The position numbers and the translations under genes are program-made. DNA of 64,000 bases from a virus: positions 6,632 through 70,631 of the IMG/VR virus record IMGVR_UViG_3300050821_006071; one strand, given 5' to 3'. This document shows, piece by piece, positions 19,066 through 28,909 of this stretch. Under the pieces are notes generated by a model, which saw only the letters and a program-made list of their open reading frames with translations, was not told the origin of the DNA and made no database searches. The first letter of the stretch is position 1, and every line of letters starts with the position of its first letter.

Positions 19066-19608
19066 ATGAACCTAACAAACATGGCCGCTGAGGTCGAGCA
19101 AGTCAACAAAGAGCACGGATGGTACGACGATGAGCGCACGTTCTGCGAGCTTATCGCGTTGCTGCATTCCGAGGTGTCCGAGGCACTAGAGGCTTATCGG
19201 CAATGGGGCCTTGATGACGCGACCGTTAACGCTCAGCTGGATATGCCTTTGCAAAAGCCCGAGGGGGTCGGCAGTGAGTTCGCTGACATCCTCATCCGGC
19301 TTCTCGACATGAGCAAGCGCTTCGGGGTTGACCTACGCGAAGAGGTGGCGAACCACCCTGGCCGATTCGGGATAAACGTGCAATTCGGCGACTCGGCATG
19401 CTACATGCATATGCACATCTCGCACCTAGCTTTTGCTGCCGAGGACACACCTTGGGAAGCCGAGCCGATCGGCCCCTATTACGCGGCGATTTTCGTTTAC
19501 CTGGTTCAGTGGTCTGTGTTCTGCGGCATAGACCTCGAAGCGGAGTACGCGCGCAAGCTCGCATATAACAAGACTCGGCCGTACCGCCACGGGGGCAAGA
19601 AGCTATGA
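19066..19608 (+). CDS. MazG-like NTP pyrophosphohydrolase
   Basis: LLHSEVSEALEA, SEFADILIRLLD, KLAYNKTRPYRHGGK. Confidence 0.8.
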   Translation: MNLTNMAAEVEQVNKEHGWYDDERTFCELIALLHSEVSEALEAYRQWGLDDATVNAQLDMPLQKPEGVGSEFADILIRLLDMSKRFGVDLREEVANHPGRFGINVQFGDSACYMHMHISHLAFAAEDTPWEAEPIGPYYAAIFVYLVQWSVFCGIDLEAEYARKLAYNKTRPYRHGGKKL

Positions 19609-19941
19609 CCGAGGACATCAACAGGCTGCCCAAGTGGGCACAGCGCCGTATGGCCGAGCTAGAGCGTGAGCTGGGCAGGGCTAGGAGTGAGCTAGCGGAT
19701 ACCCGAGGCGTTCACCTCGGCACCAACGTCAGGGTGTACAACGGGACGCTTGCACCCGACACCACGTTGCCGCCCGACTCGCAAATCGACTTCTACATGA
19801 CGCCATCACCGCAGCCGAGGACACGCGGGTTTCGGACAATCTCTGTTCGCCACAAGGACGCGCGGACTCTGTATGTCATGGGAGACATTAGCGGGGTTAG
19901 CATCGTGCCCCAATCTAACAACTCGTTTGAGGTGACCTTGA

Positions 19942-20706
19942 ATGCCTGAGTTCCAGGGATTCACGAAGATCGCACGGCTTTTCCGGCCGTGCGTGATCAC
20001 GGAGAAGATAGACGGCACCAACGGGGCCATCGGAATCACGGAGTTCCCGTTCGGCTTCCACGTTGGCGGAATCGAGGACACGCCGGTGGGGCCGATTGAT
20101 CACGATGTGCCCGGTAACGCACTGCTGGTCATGGGGCCTAACAACACGCGGGATTGGGGCCACCCTGAAACGGAATACCTTGTGTACGCACAAAGCCGTA
20201 ACCGCATCATCACCCCGAAGGCCGACAATCACGGCTTCGCCGCATGGGTGTGGGCTAACGCTGAGGCCCTTGTTGACGTGCTTGGCCCTGGTCTGCACTT
20301 TGGCGAGTGGTGGGGGTCGGGCATCAACCGGGGGTACGGCCTGCCGAGTGGCGAACATCGGTTCTCGCTATTCAATACGTCCCGTTGGACCCGTGAGTAC
20401 TTGGGAACCAAGCGCGCGCCGATGACGCTTGACGTTGTCCCCGTGCTCTACGAAGGCGCGTTCTCATCGCTGGCCGTGGTCGGCACCAAGCAACGATTGC
20501 TGTTGCACGGGTCTTACGCCTCGCCGGGGTTCATGAACCCCGAAGGGGTTGTGGTCTACCACGCGGCAGGAAACGTGATGTTCAAGAGCACGCTTAAGGA
20601 TGATGAAGTGCCCAAGGCGGTAGCAAAGCGAAAGCCCTATGCCGAATGGGTGAATCTTGCCCCGCACTGCCGGGAACTAATACCGGAATACGAGCTGGCC
20701 GCATGA
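19942..20706 (+). CDS. RNA ligase (Rnl2-like nucleotidyltransferase)
   Basis: Motif I TEKIDGTN, QSRNR, FGEWWG, EGVVV, FK. Confidence 0.85.
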   Translation: MPEFQGFTKIARLFRPCVITEKIDGTNGAIGITEFPFGFHVGGIEDTPVGPIDHDVPGNALLVMGPNNTRDWGHPETEYLVYAQSRNRIITPKADNHGFAAWVWANAEALVDVLGPGLHFGEWWGSGINRGYGLPSGEHRFSLFNTSRWTREYLGTKRAPMTLDVVPVLYEGAFSSLAVVGTKQRLLLHGSYASPGFMNPEGVVVYHAAGNVMFKSTLKDDEVPKAVAKRKPYAEWVNLAPHCRELIPEYELAA

Positions 20707-21407
20707 CCAAGCGAGAGCTGATCGAGGAACTAGCGCCATACCCCGATGATGCATGGATTGACGTTCGGCTAGAAGCGGATGACAGAGCCGTTGAGGGCGT
20801 AGCTGATGTGCTAACGCACGCCGGTAAAACGTGGGTCACCCTCGGAGTCGTAGGGGTGTTGGCCAAGTGATATGTCACAACTGCGAGGTGGCAGGCTACA
20901 TCAACGCTGAGGCTAACCGCCAGGTGTTTTGGAACTTCAAGCTTTCAGAGAAAGTCCGTGAGTTGGCTCGGTCGTGGCATCGGACGTGCAAGGGCAGGAG
21001 TTACTGCACCTGCCAGCACCGCGTAGGCGACTACACCGACCGGACCAAGGTTGAAGACACGACCACGACCAATCAGAGGGTAAAGGACGATGCAACAGCA
21101 GAACTCGCCAAGATTGACGTGTCTTTGGTTTGACGACTCTGAGCTACAGATGCTCTATCACGCGGTGTGGCGGGTAAAGCCGTTCGCCGAGATGGGCCAA
21201 GAGATGGCCACGGCCGAGGCCTTGCTAGAGAAACGCCTTTTTGATGCCGTAAAGGGTCTCACGTGTCCAAGCTAGAGGCGGCACTGCTCTTTCAAGTGTT
21301 GCTGCTAAGCGTCGGGGCCGAGCTAGATCCGCCAGACCCGAGCCTATACGGCTATGAGCCGCACTCCGTTTTCGCCCCGTTCACCTTTAGAGCAAGGGAT
21401 GTAGAGC

Positions 21408-21851
21408 ATGGCTAACTGGACTTCCCGAGAAAAAGACGCATACATGCACGTGCTAGGCATGCTCATGAAGGGCGACCCAAAGCGCAAGGCCGAACTTGAC
21501 GCTGAGGCCGCTCTGCTGATTGCCGCCATGCGCGAGCAGATGCCCTCGGCCGACGAAGCCGTTTTGGCCGAGTTCTCATCGTGCATGCACGTCATCGGGG
21601 CATCCGTGCTCAGGATGACGCTAGCGGAAGCGCTCAGCTACGCCAAGCGGCTCTATGAGTCATACAGCGTGGTCACAGCCCAGCTGATCGGGGCTTATGA
21701 CCCCAAGTCCGACAGCATCCCTAACTACACAGTCCCTGAGATCCTGAGCATGCTCGGGATGGATGCCGAGACCAGTACCAAGGTTTGGGAAGCCGTTCAG
21801 CGCCAGGGGCACCACCAGGGGGCAGACGAGCTACAGGGGCAGTACCTGTGA
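21408..21851 (+). CDS. Hypothetical protein
   Basis: 147-aa ORF with RBS, coupled to the next ORF. Confidence 0.55.
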   Translation: MANWTSREKDAYMHVLGMLMKGDPKRKAELDAEAALLIAAMREQMPSADEAVLAEFSSCMHVIGASVLRMTLAEALSYAKRLYESYSVVTAQLIGAYDPKSDSIPNYTVPEILSMLGMDAETSTKVWEAVQRQGHHQGADELQGQYL

Positions 21852-22586
21852 TGGCCGCCACGGGTGACAATCCAGCGGCGTGCATCATTTGCGAAGCCAC
21901 CGAGGATCTATGGACTGATGACCTCGGGCGGCACTTCTGCCGCAACTCCAAAAGGTGCGTAAGGCGTTGGCGCACGCTACGTGCCGAGGCCATACGCGCC
22001 GAGGCCCTTAAGGCCACAAAATGAGCCACGCGAACCCGTGGCCTGAGCACTGGCAGGTTTCCTTCGCGTGGCCCTTCATGGGCCACGTGCTGGAATCCCG
22101 ACGCTCTGAGTTCACGATTGAGTCAGACGACGATCCGCAATGGTACACGTTTGAACGCTACGTCTACAACACCAAGACAAAGACGGATTGGGTTGACGGC
22201 TTTGCCCACAAGCCCTACGGGGCGTTCGTCAGCTTTAGGCCTGACGATATCAGCAAGGTACGGGCAAAGAGGGTGCCTCCGTGTGATGGATGAATGCGAG
22301 GTGCTAGAAGGGTGCTTCATTTGCGGTGATCGGGGGTATAACCGCAACCCATCCACGTGGGCGTGCCTCATATGCGATGTGGAGTGGTCAGGCCCTCGGG
22401 CATGGCTGCCCAGAAACTGGCCAGGGTCCTATGCGTACTACCGCCGTAGCCGTGAGGCCGTCGAGGCGAGCTTTGCTGAGACATACGATGTGGAGTTCGT
22501 TGACTTCCGCAATCCCGATGCCCCTCACAGCCCTGCCTGATACATTAAACGCGCCTAGCCTCTAGACGCGTCCAGAACGAACGCTA

Positions 22587-22633
22587 AAGCCCCTTGGGGT
22601 GTGGCCTAGGTGACCACACCAACCAAGGGGCTT
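22587..22633. terminator. Hairpin between convergent transcription units
   Basis: AAGCCCCTTGG...CCAAGGGGCTT inverted repeat. Confidence 0.5.
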
Positions 22634-22669
22634 CAGGCTGTCTACGGCCATTTTAGGGCCGTCTAGGGG

Positions 22670-22735
22670 CTATTTCGGGCAGCCGCAGATCGTGAGCTTG
22701 CATACGGGGCATACCCACTGGAGTAGCTTTTTCAT
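22670..22735 (-). CDS. 21-aa Cys-rich microprotein
   Basis: MKKLLQWVCPVCKLTICGCPK with strong RBS AGAAAGGA 6 nt upstream. Confidence 0.5.
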   Translation of the reverse strand: MKKLLQWVCPVCKLTICGCPK

Positions 22736-22758
22736 CTTTGATCCTTTCTGTTGAGGGT

Positions 22759-23040
22759 CTACAGGTGCCGCAAACGGTGGCGCTGCTCTGCCGTCATCAT
22801 ATCGGTTTTGCCGGCGACGATTGCGGCAGTTACGCACGCGTCGCATAGCGGGTGTGTCTTGCTCCGCTCACGTGCCTCGGGGGTTGGCTCGATTGTGGTT
22901 GCGGTGCCGTCTACGATTGCCACGTCGGGCGGTAGCCCTGTCTCAGGGTCTACGGCCATCATGTTCACGCAGTCAGGGCAAGCCGTTGCGCGCCTGCCGC
23001 ATGCTGCGCAGGTGAACATCAGCGTAGCTATTCCAGTCAT
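22759..23040 (-). CDS. Small Zn-binding protein downstream of the integrase
   Basis: CAACG, CPDC, CDAC, HxxxH; RBS GAGGGAAAG. Confidence 0.6.
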   Translation of the reverse strand: MTGIATLMFTCAACGRRATACPDCVNMMAVDPETGLPPDVAIVDGTATTIEPTPEARERSKTHPLCDACVTAAIVAGKTDMMTAEQRHRLRHL

Positions 23041-24601
23041 GATCTTTCCCTCTTTCCCTTATGCGTCCTAACCTGACGATGATGGTTCGCGCGTCTACGA
23101 CATTGATGCGCCGTAGGTCGCCGTTGGCCTGTTGTACCGCCGTGTTCCAAGCCACGGGGTTAACCCTTTCGCTTAGCGTCTTGGCATCGCGCTCAGGGTC
23201 GCTGGTGTCTATCGTCACGGTAGGTGGCTCGCCTCGGTGGTCGGCAGCACGAGCGTAGACCTTCCAGCCCATCCCCGTTAGGTACTGCCGTTTTTCCGTG
23301 GCATCAAGCGTGGCCCAGTGCTCGGCTACCGTGGTGCCGGTGTCTATCTGCTGCCACGCGTCGGGCAGGGGCTTGATGGTGGCGAGTTCCGCGCGGATTT
23401 CCGCTATCCGCGCGTCGTAGTCTGCCGCCTCGATGTCGAGGGCCGACGCCTGCCGCTTGAGTTCCTTGCGCCGTCGTTCGCCGTCGTCACCCTGTATCAG
23501 GGTCAGAGAGATGTGTGGCAGCATGCCGTAGGCCTCGGTCACGGCCTCATCAACAACCGCTTCGAGTTCGGCAGTCCTGATCATCCTGACCTCAGGGTTG
23601 CCCGAGCAGGCAAAGCACCTGTAGTAGGGCCACACCGTAGAGCCACGCTTGGTGTTGTGGCCATACAGCGGCCCTGAGCAGACAGCGCAGAACACCACTC
23701 CGCTCAGCGCTCGGGCATCGTAGCGGTTGACCTTGGGCTTGCTTGCGGCGTTGATGATGGGCTGTAGCTCAGTCCACGTTTCGGTGTCGATGACCTCGGG
23801 GGGCGCGTTCCGCAGAATCATGTAGATCGAGCTAGCGTCCCATTTCGGGGTGCCCTTCTTGCGCTTTTGGTCTGCTCTTGCCGTCGGTATGCCCTCTGCC
23901 GTCAAGTCGCGTGCGATCTGGCAGGCTGACTTACCAGCGAGGATGTCCCGAGCCATGCGGTTCGCCACGGCCTTTTGCCGTTCGTCAACGACCACCTCAT
24001 AGTGGTCGTCTACCTTGACGGGCTTGGTTCCGTACTTGGTGGAACCCCCGCCCCAGTAGCCCATAGCCTTTAGCTTGGTGGCCGCCTCTGAACGCCGTTC
24101 CCCCATCCGTTCGCGTTCGAACTCGGCGAACATCACGAGGATGTTCGCGATGAGACGCCCCACGGGGGTAGAGAGGTCAAAGCCTTCCGCTACCGAGATG
24201 ATCGTCTTGCCGTTGGCCTCACACCACTGCAAGATGCGCTGAAAGTCCAGCAACGATCGGGTGAGCCGATCGAGCTTGGCGACTACGAGCACATCCCACA
24301 GTTTGACTAGCTTAGGGTCAGTGAGCCATGGCTCTAGGTCTCGGTTCCATGCGCTGACACTGCCGCTCACGTCGAGGTCTTCCACGATGGCCACAAGGTG
24401 GCCGTTGCGGAGCTTGACTGACAGCGTGATCGAGTCGCGCTGACGCTCGGGGCTGGTAGTCTCGTCTGTCAGGTGGCTGAGCCGGACCGCGCCGAGGTAC
24501 CGCACATCCTCTGCCGGCTTGCCGCCAGCCGGCCCCGTGGCCTTTGGCCTTGGGTTACGCGGGGCCGGCGCCTTGCCCCTTATGCTCTGACCTGCGCTCA
24601 T
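22973..24601 (-). CDS. int: Large serine recombinase (integrase)
   Basis: VRLS catalytic Ser, SPERQ, DLDVSGS, KLDRLTRS, FAEFERE, recombinase domain, Zn ribbon CAVC...YYRCFAC, coiled coil. Confidence 0.93.
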   Translation of the reverse strand: MSAGQSIRGKAPAPRNPRPKATGPAGGKPAEDVRYLGAVRLSHLTDETTSPERQRDSITLSVKLRNGHLVAIVEDLDVSGSVSAWNRDLEPWLTDPKLVKLWDVLVVAKLDRLTRSLLDFQRILQWCEANGKTIISVAEGFDLSTPVGRLIANILVMFAEFERERMGERRSEAATKLKAMGYWGGGSTKYGTKPVKVDDHYEVVVDERQKAVANRMARDILAGKSACQIARDLTAEGIPTARADQKRKKGTPKWDASSIYMILRNAPPEVIDTETWTELQPIINAASKPKVNRYDARALSGVVFCAVCSGPLYGHNTKRGSTVWPYYRCFACSGNPEVRMIRTAELEAVVDEAVTEAYGMLPHISLTLIQGDDGERRRKELKRQASALDIEAADYDARIAEIRAELATIKPLPDAWQQIDTGTTVAEHWATLDATEKRQYLTGMGWKVYARAADHRGEPPTVTIDTSDPERDAKTLSERVNPVAWNTAVQQANGDLRRINVVDARTIIVRLGRIRERGKDHDWNSYADVHLRSMRQARNGLP

Positions 24602-24668
24602 GTCAAGGTTCTCCGCTCTGTGTACCTACACCGTACCTGCGTTGTCAGGGTTGGGGCCTTCATCCCTT

Positions 24669-24716
24669 GCATGTACTTTGATGAGTATGACCCGTCGTAC
24701 TCATCAGACTACATGC
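24669..24716. other. Candidate attP site
   Basis: 48-bp imperfect inverted repeat GCATGTACTTTGATGAGTATGA-CCCG-TCGTACTCATCAGACTACATGC just upstream of int. Confidence 0.6.
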
Positions 24717-24732
24717 TTCTAGGGGCCGACGG

Positions 24733-24936
24733 CTACCCCTGCTCAAGCATGATGTATAGCAGACCCTCAGGGGTTCTCGGGTCAGGGTCTATCGGCGGGC
24801 GGTTGCCTGCCACCGACCGCCACACGTCAGGATGATCTTCATAGACGTGCCACGTAGAGAGATAGCCGACCACGTCCTTAACAGGATGAGCAGCCGTCCA
24901 CGTGCAACCGCTAACGCGACACTCGGCTCGTGCCAC
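24733..24936 (-). CDS. Small C2H2-like protein
   Basis: CRVSGC...HVYEDH. Confidence 0.5.
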   Translation of the reverse strand: MARAECRVSGCTWTAAHPVKDVVGYLSTWHVYEDHPDVWRSVAGNRPPIDPDPRTPEGLLYIMLEQG

Positions 24937-25441
24937 CTAGGCCTCCTAGGCACCTTTGGCAACGGCAAAGGCCCTCAACGACCGGGCGCCGAAGGGGGCC
25001 TTGCCTTTGTTGCGTTTCAATCCTCGACGGGTGCCCCGCCGTATGTCGCTAGCGAACTTCAATGGAGCCGGCGGAGACTCCGCCGGAAAGCCCCCCGCGT
25101 TTGCGGGGCGGTCATGCATCGCTTGCGACATCAGGAACCCTACCACGCGGCGAGGGTCGCCGCTAGCGGCCCCCCTGATGTGCTGGGTGTCACTCGGGAT
25201 GGGGTGTGCCGTCCGCCCCCGAACCTCATGCCACCCTCACCGGGGTTATCCCCACTCGGGACCTGGGGAGATAGAAGACCGCTAGCGACTTGCGCCAAAA
25301 ATACCACGCGGCCGACAGCGCAGGACAAGACGCCAAGGTTGTTGGGATCGTGCACATGGTGGTAGCGTCGGCCCCGAGGCGTACGCCCGTAGAGCCGAGC
25401 GCCCAACCCCCCGGTCCCCCGAGAGCAAAGGGCAACCCCCG

Positions 25442-25747
25442 ATGACTGACGCTGATGTTCCGCGCATGCGTGATGACCTCAAGATGAACGATGAGGTCTC
25501 GGTTACCCTGCCTGCTCACGTATGGTTGGCCTTTGTGACTGTCTACATGGTCGCCAAATGGAGCAACCCCTATGCAACAATGGTCGCCCTGGCCGCGCGA
25601 GAGACGATCTACCACCCGCGTTACCTCAGTGAGCAGGAAGCGCAGAGGCAACAACACCATGACATGCACCAGAAGATCATCTCTCGGATGATTCCCGGTT
25701 TCCCGACCCCCGATGTTCCGCCCGATGCCGACGACTTTCGCGACTAG
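25442..25747 (+). CDS. Hypothetical protein
   Basis: 101-aa ORF with AAAGGG RBS-like site. Confidence 0.55.
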   Translation: MTDADVPRMRDDLKMNDEVSVTLPAHVWLAFVTVYMVAKWSNPYATMVALAARETIYHPRYLSEQEAQRQQHHDMHQKIISRMIPGFPTPDVPPDADDFRD

Positions 25748-25971
25748 CTGAGTCCCGAGAGCCAACGTAAGTGCCCGAGGCCGCGCCAAGGCGCGAGCCT
25801 GCCTTCGCGGGTGAGCAGGTTCAGCGCGTGCTCTGCCGTCTGTAGCCCAACGTGATACTGAGATGCAACCTCACCGATAGTCAGCCACTCTCCCGGTTTG
25901 ATGCTGCCGTCATCGATCGCCGCGCGCAACGCGTCGGCCACTTGGACGTACTTTATGGGTTGACCGCTCAT
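25744..25971 (-). CDS. GntR-family winged-HTH protein
   Basis: KYVQVADALRAAIDDGSIKPGEWLT...VASQYHVG..TAEHAL..L..EG. Confidence 0.85.
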   Translation of the reverse strand: MSGQPIKYVQVADALRAAIDDGSIKPGEWLTIGEVASQYHVGLQTAEHALNLLTREGRLAPWRGLGHLRWLSGLS

Positions 25972-26510
25972 GCTGACCCTTGCTCTTGCCTGATGTACTC
26001 AACGATGTCTTCCTTAATGTCCTGTAGCCGCAAGTAGGCAACGATGTGCTGGCGGGCCGGCTGGCCAGTAACCCCCGTCTCCGCCTCTATGAGGTGCATG
26101 AGTGCCGCTGGCGCGGCCAGCGTCCTGTTGACGTACAGAGACCTGTAAGACGACCCGGCCAGGAGCTGGTAATACGTTCCGGCCTTCTCGATGGCATCTT
26201 TCGCGTCCTGCTCATCGGGAAACCGGTTGTACACGTCTATCGCCCGCTTGACCGAGGTCTCACCGTAGGGCCTGTTGCGTGTCTCGTTCATCTTCGTGGA
26301 CACGCCAAGTGCTTCACATATCCTGATGGTGGTCTCAACGGAAATGGTGCTCGTACCCTTGACGTAGAGTTCAGGGTCGGAAACGAGGGTCCTGCCCACG
26401 TGCCACCAGTGCCAGCAAATATCAACGCTGCGCTGTTTCACCACGGTGCCGTCACGCTTGATCTCCTCGCCCAGCCTTGCGAGTTGCTCTAGGGTCGCCT
26501 CTGAGATCAT
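25968..26510 (-). CDS. Hypothetical protein, possibly DNA-binding
   Basis: RBS GAAAGGA; coupled to the GntR gene. Confidence 0.6.
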   Translation of the reverse strand: MISEATLEQLARLGEEIKRDGTVVKQRSVDICWHWWHVGRTLVSDPELYVKGTSTISVETTIRICEALGVSTKMNETRNRPYGETSVKRAIDVYNRFPDEQDAKDAIEKAGTYYQLLAGSSYRSLYVNRTLAAPAALMHLIEAETGVTGQPARQHIVAYLRLQDIKEDIVEYIRQEQGSA

Positions 26511-26963
26511 GGCCCGATCCTTTCTCTCACGTTACGTAACTGGCTACCACTGCAAAGTTGACTAGCCCTACGCGGCCCGCAGAGCCACGCAGAGCGCTCC
26601 GACCCCCTCTTAGCCGTGGCCGTACCAACCCGAGGCGGCTAGGGATTTCCGCACGTCAGAGGGGGTCAACTACACTCCGGGGCCTGGTCACCCGTCGTTG
26701 CGTCGAACTGATACCAGAGTTGGCGGGCAACGGCCTTGGCCGCCTGCTCGGCCTTGGTTTTCTCGGCCTCGATGACCAGCGGCTCTAGCTCGCTCAGTTC
26801 AGCGGCGGAGAAACCCGACCTAAAGTTTTCGCCCCTGCACGCGACGTGGTATATGCCGTTTGACCACCACACCGTGTAGTCGCTGTGCTGTGCCTCAAAG
26901 GCGAACACCGCGTCAGCGGCCCCCTCGGGCCACCCGAGGCGTTCTGCTACCTGTTCGTAATGC

Positions 26964-27437
26964 TTACGACTGAGGGTCAACGGGTGCCCCTATCACTGCG
27001 TAGACGCACTTCCACCCCCGAGCATCAGGCTTTGTCCAGCCTAGGTGTCGGGTCATTGCGGCCACGATGCAAAGGCCCCTGCCGCCTTCGGCCGTGTCCT
27101 CGGGTACGGCGACCTTGGGCAGGGCTGGTGATTGGTCCCACACCTCTAGCCGCACGTCGGATCTATTCGTGAACACATCTATGCACACTTGCATCATGTG
27201 ACCTTGGATGTACCTTGGCTGACGAGTGGCGTGGTGGGTAGACGCTGTAACGGCGTTCGTCGTCAACTCGCTGGCCACGAGTTGCGCTGTGTCAATCAGG
27301 TCTAGCAGGCCCCACTGTCGTAGGGCTACCTCAACTTGCGCACGCGCCACACCGGGGGCTGTAGGCAGGGCACCGAGCATAGGTGATCGATGTCTTAGCG
27401 GCCAGGGCGAGAGGGTGAGGGCTTGGGCTGGTGTCAT
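26964..27437 (-). CDS. HATPase_c anti-sigma-like ATP-binding protein (AbaA-like)
   Basis: LVASELTTNAV, LEVWD, EGGRGL, GW...KCVYA. Confidence 0.88.
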   Translation of the reverse strand: MTPAQALTLSPWPLRHRSPMLGALPTAPGVARAQVEVALRQWGLLDLIDTAQLVASELTTNAVTASTHHATRQPRYIQGHMMQVCIDVFTNRSDVRLEVWDQSPALPKVAVPEDTAEGGRGLCIVAAMTRHLGWTKPDARGWKCVYAVIGAPVDPQS

Positions 27438-27651
27438 GAGCGGCCTCGGTTTGAAAGTTCTGGCTTACCTCGGGGTACCCCCTACGTGCGTCGGGGCTAA
27501 CACGGTTTAGCGCTGAGAACGTTTGCCACCGTGTGTGGAACCCGCCACCGTAGGAGACTGTGAGATACGCTACCAACTACGTGAGCCAACTAGGCTAGGT
27601 GACTCACGATGTCTTCCCGGTTTTGACACGGCGTGAGTAGGAGTTATCACG

Positions 27652-28491
27652 GTGCTGAGCCACCCAAGTCAGCCTGACGACCATAGCCCCCTGGTGCGGC
27701 TCGGCCGCAAACTGCGTGAGGCTCGGGTAGCCGCTGGCTACCCGAGTGCTCAGGCTCTGGCCGACGCCATGACCTGCGATCGCTCATACGTCTCCCGTAT
27801 CGAGTCGGGCAAGCTTGCCCCCTCGGGCAAGATTCTGCGCATGTGGTGTGAGTTGTGCCACGTTGACCCTGAGCTGTATGAGGCTCAGGTGCGCTTGGCG
27901 CGCACGATCGACGCCGCCTCCGTTCCGCTGTGGTTCGAAGACTTCGTCGGTGCGCAACGCCTAGCCCACACGATTCGAACATGGCAACCCACCATCGTTC
28001 CAGGCCCGTTCCAGATTCCCGACTACTGCCGCCCGTTGTGCGCGTCACTAGGCGAGAGCGATGATCGGATAGAAGAGCTAGTCACGGCTCGCACGGTGCT
28101 GCAAGAACTGTTCACTCGGCCGAAAGACCCCGTGACGTTGCATGCCGTGGTGGACGAGTTCGTTCTACGACGGTGTGTAGGATCTGCGGATGTCATGCAC
28201 CGACAGCTCACGCACCTGGCCGAGATGGGCCAACTCCGAAACGTTGGCCTACAGGTGGTGCCCACTAGCCGAGCGTGCAACGCCGGCCACGTGGGAGCCT
28301 TCACCATAGCTAGCCTTCCGGATAGCCCTGATGTGCTCTTGATGGGCGCGGTAGAGGATGTGACCAGCGTCCGGCCCGCCTCGGTGTCGCGCGCACATGC
28401 AATCTTCGACCGAGTACGCTGGGACGCACTATCCAAGGCAGACAGCTTGGAGTTCATCCGAGAGTTGGTGAAAGAGTTATGGAGACGCTAG
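27652..28491 (+). CDS. XRE-HTH + DUF5753 regulator (WhiJ/Scr1-like)
   Basis: LGRKLREAR...YVSRIESG HTH; PGPFQIPDY, VVDEFVLRR.VG...M..QL.HL. Confidence 0.9.
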   Translation: MLSHPSQPDDHSPLVRLGRKLREARVAAGYPSAQALADAMTCDRSYVSRIESGKLAPSGKILRMWCELCHVDPELYEAQVRLARTIDAASVPLWFEDFVGAQRLAHTIRTWQPTIVPGPFQIPDYCRPLCASLGESDDRIEELVTARTVLQELFTRPKDPVTLHAVVDEFVLRRCVGSADVMHRQLTHLAEMGQLRNVGLQVVPTSRACNAGHVGAFTIASLPDSPDVLLMGAVEDVTSVRPASVSRAHAIFDRVRWDALSKADSLEFIRELVKELWRR

Positions 28492-28667
28492 ACCGACCAT
28501 GGCGCAAGTCCACATACAGCGGTCACGGCGGACAGGACTGCGTAGAGGCGGGCAACGCGGCCGGCGCGGTTCTGGTGCGCGACACCAAAGACCGTGGGAA
28601 CGGCCCCGTGCTGCGGGTGAACCCTGCCGACTGGCAGCGGTTTACCTCAGCCATCCGCACCAGCTAG
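28479..28667 (+). CDS. DUF397 protein (BldB/Scr2-like)
   Basis: WRKSTYS...CVE...VLVRDTK...W..F. Confidence 0.92.
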   Translation: METLDRPWRKSTYSGHGGQDCVEAGNAAGAVLVRDTKDRGNGPVLRVNPADWQRFTSAIRTS

Positions 28668-28875
28668 GGAGCATGCGCTACCCTAGATACGTCCCACGCT
28701 GACACCGTGAGCTAGCGTTAGGGACGCTGCTAGGCCCCGGTAGGGGGCATGGGAACCACCTGGCTTCCCGGCCCCTCCGGGGCTTAGTCGTTCGCGAGAC
28801 TTTTCGAGTGGGGACCTTGGCCCCCTCGCGATCACCAACCCTGGTTGGCCTGCCGTTTTGCACGATCCCACTTAC

Positions 28876-28903
28876 TTGCATTTGGTGGGATAGTGCATAT
28901 GAT
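28876..28903 (+). promoter_or_regulatory. Candidate principal-sigma early promoter
   Basis: TTGCAT-16 nt-TATGAT upstream of a long untranslated region and a run of small ORFs. Confidence 0.5.
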
Positions 28904-28909
28904 GAGGAG

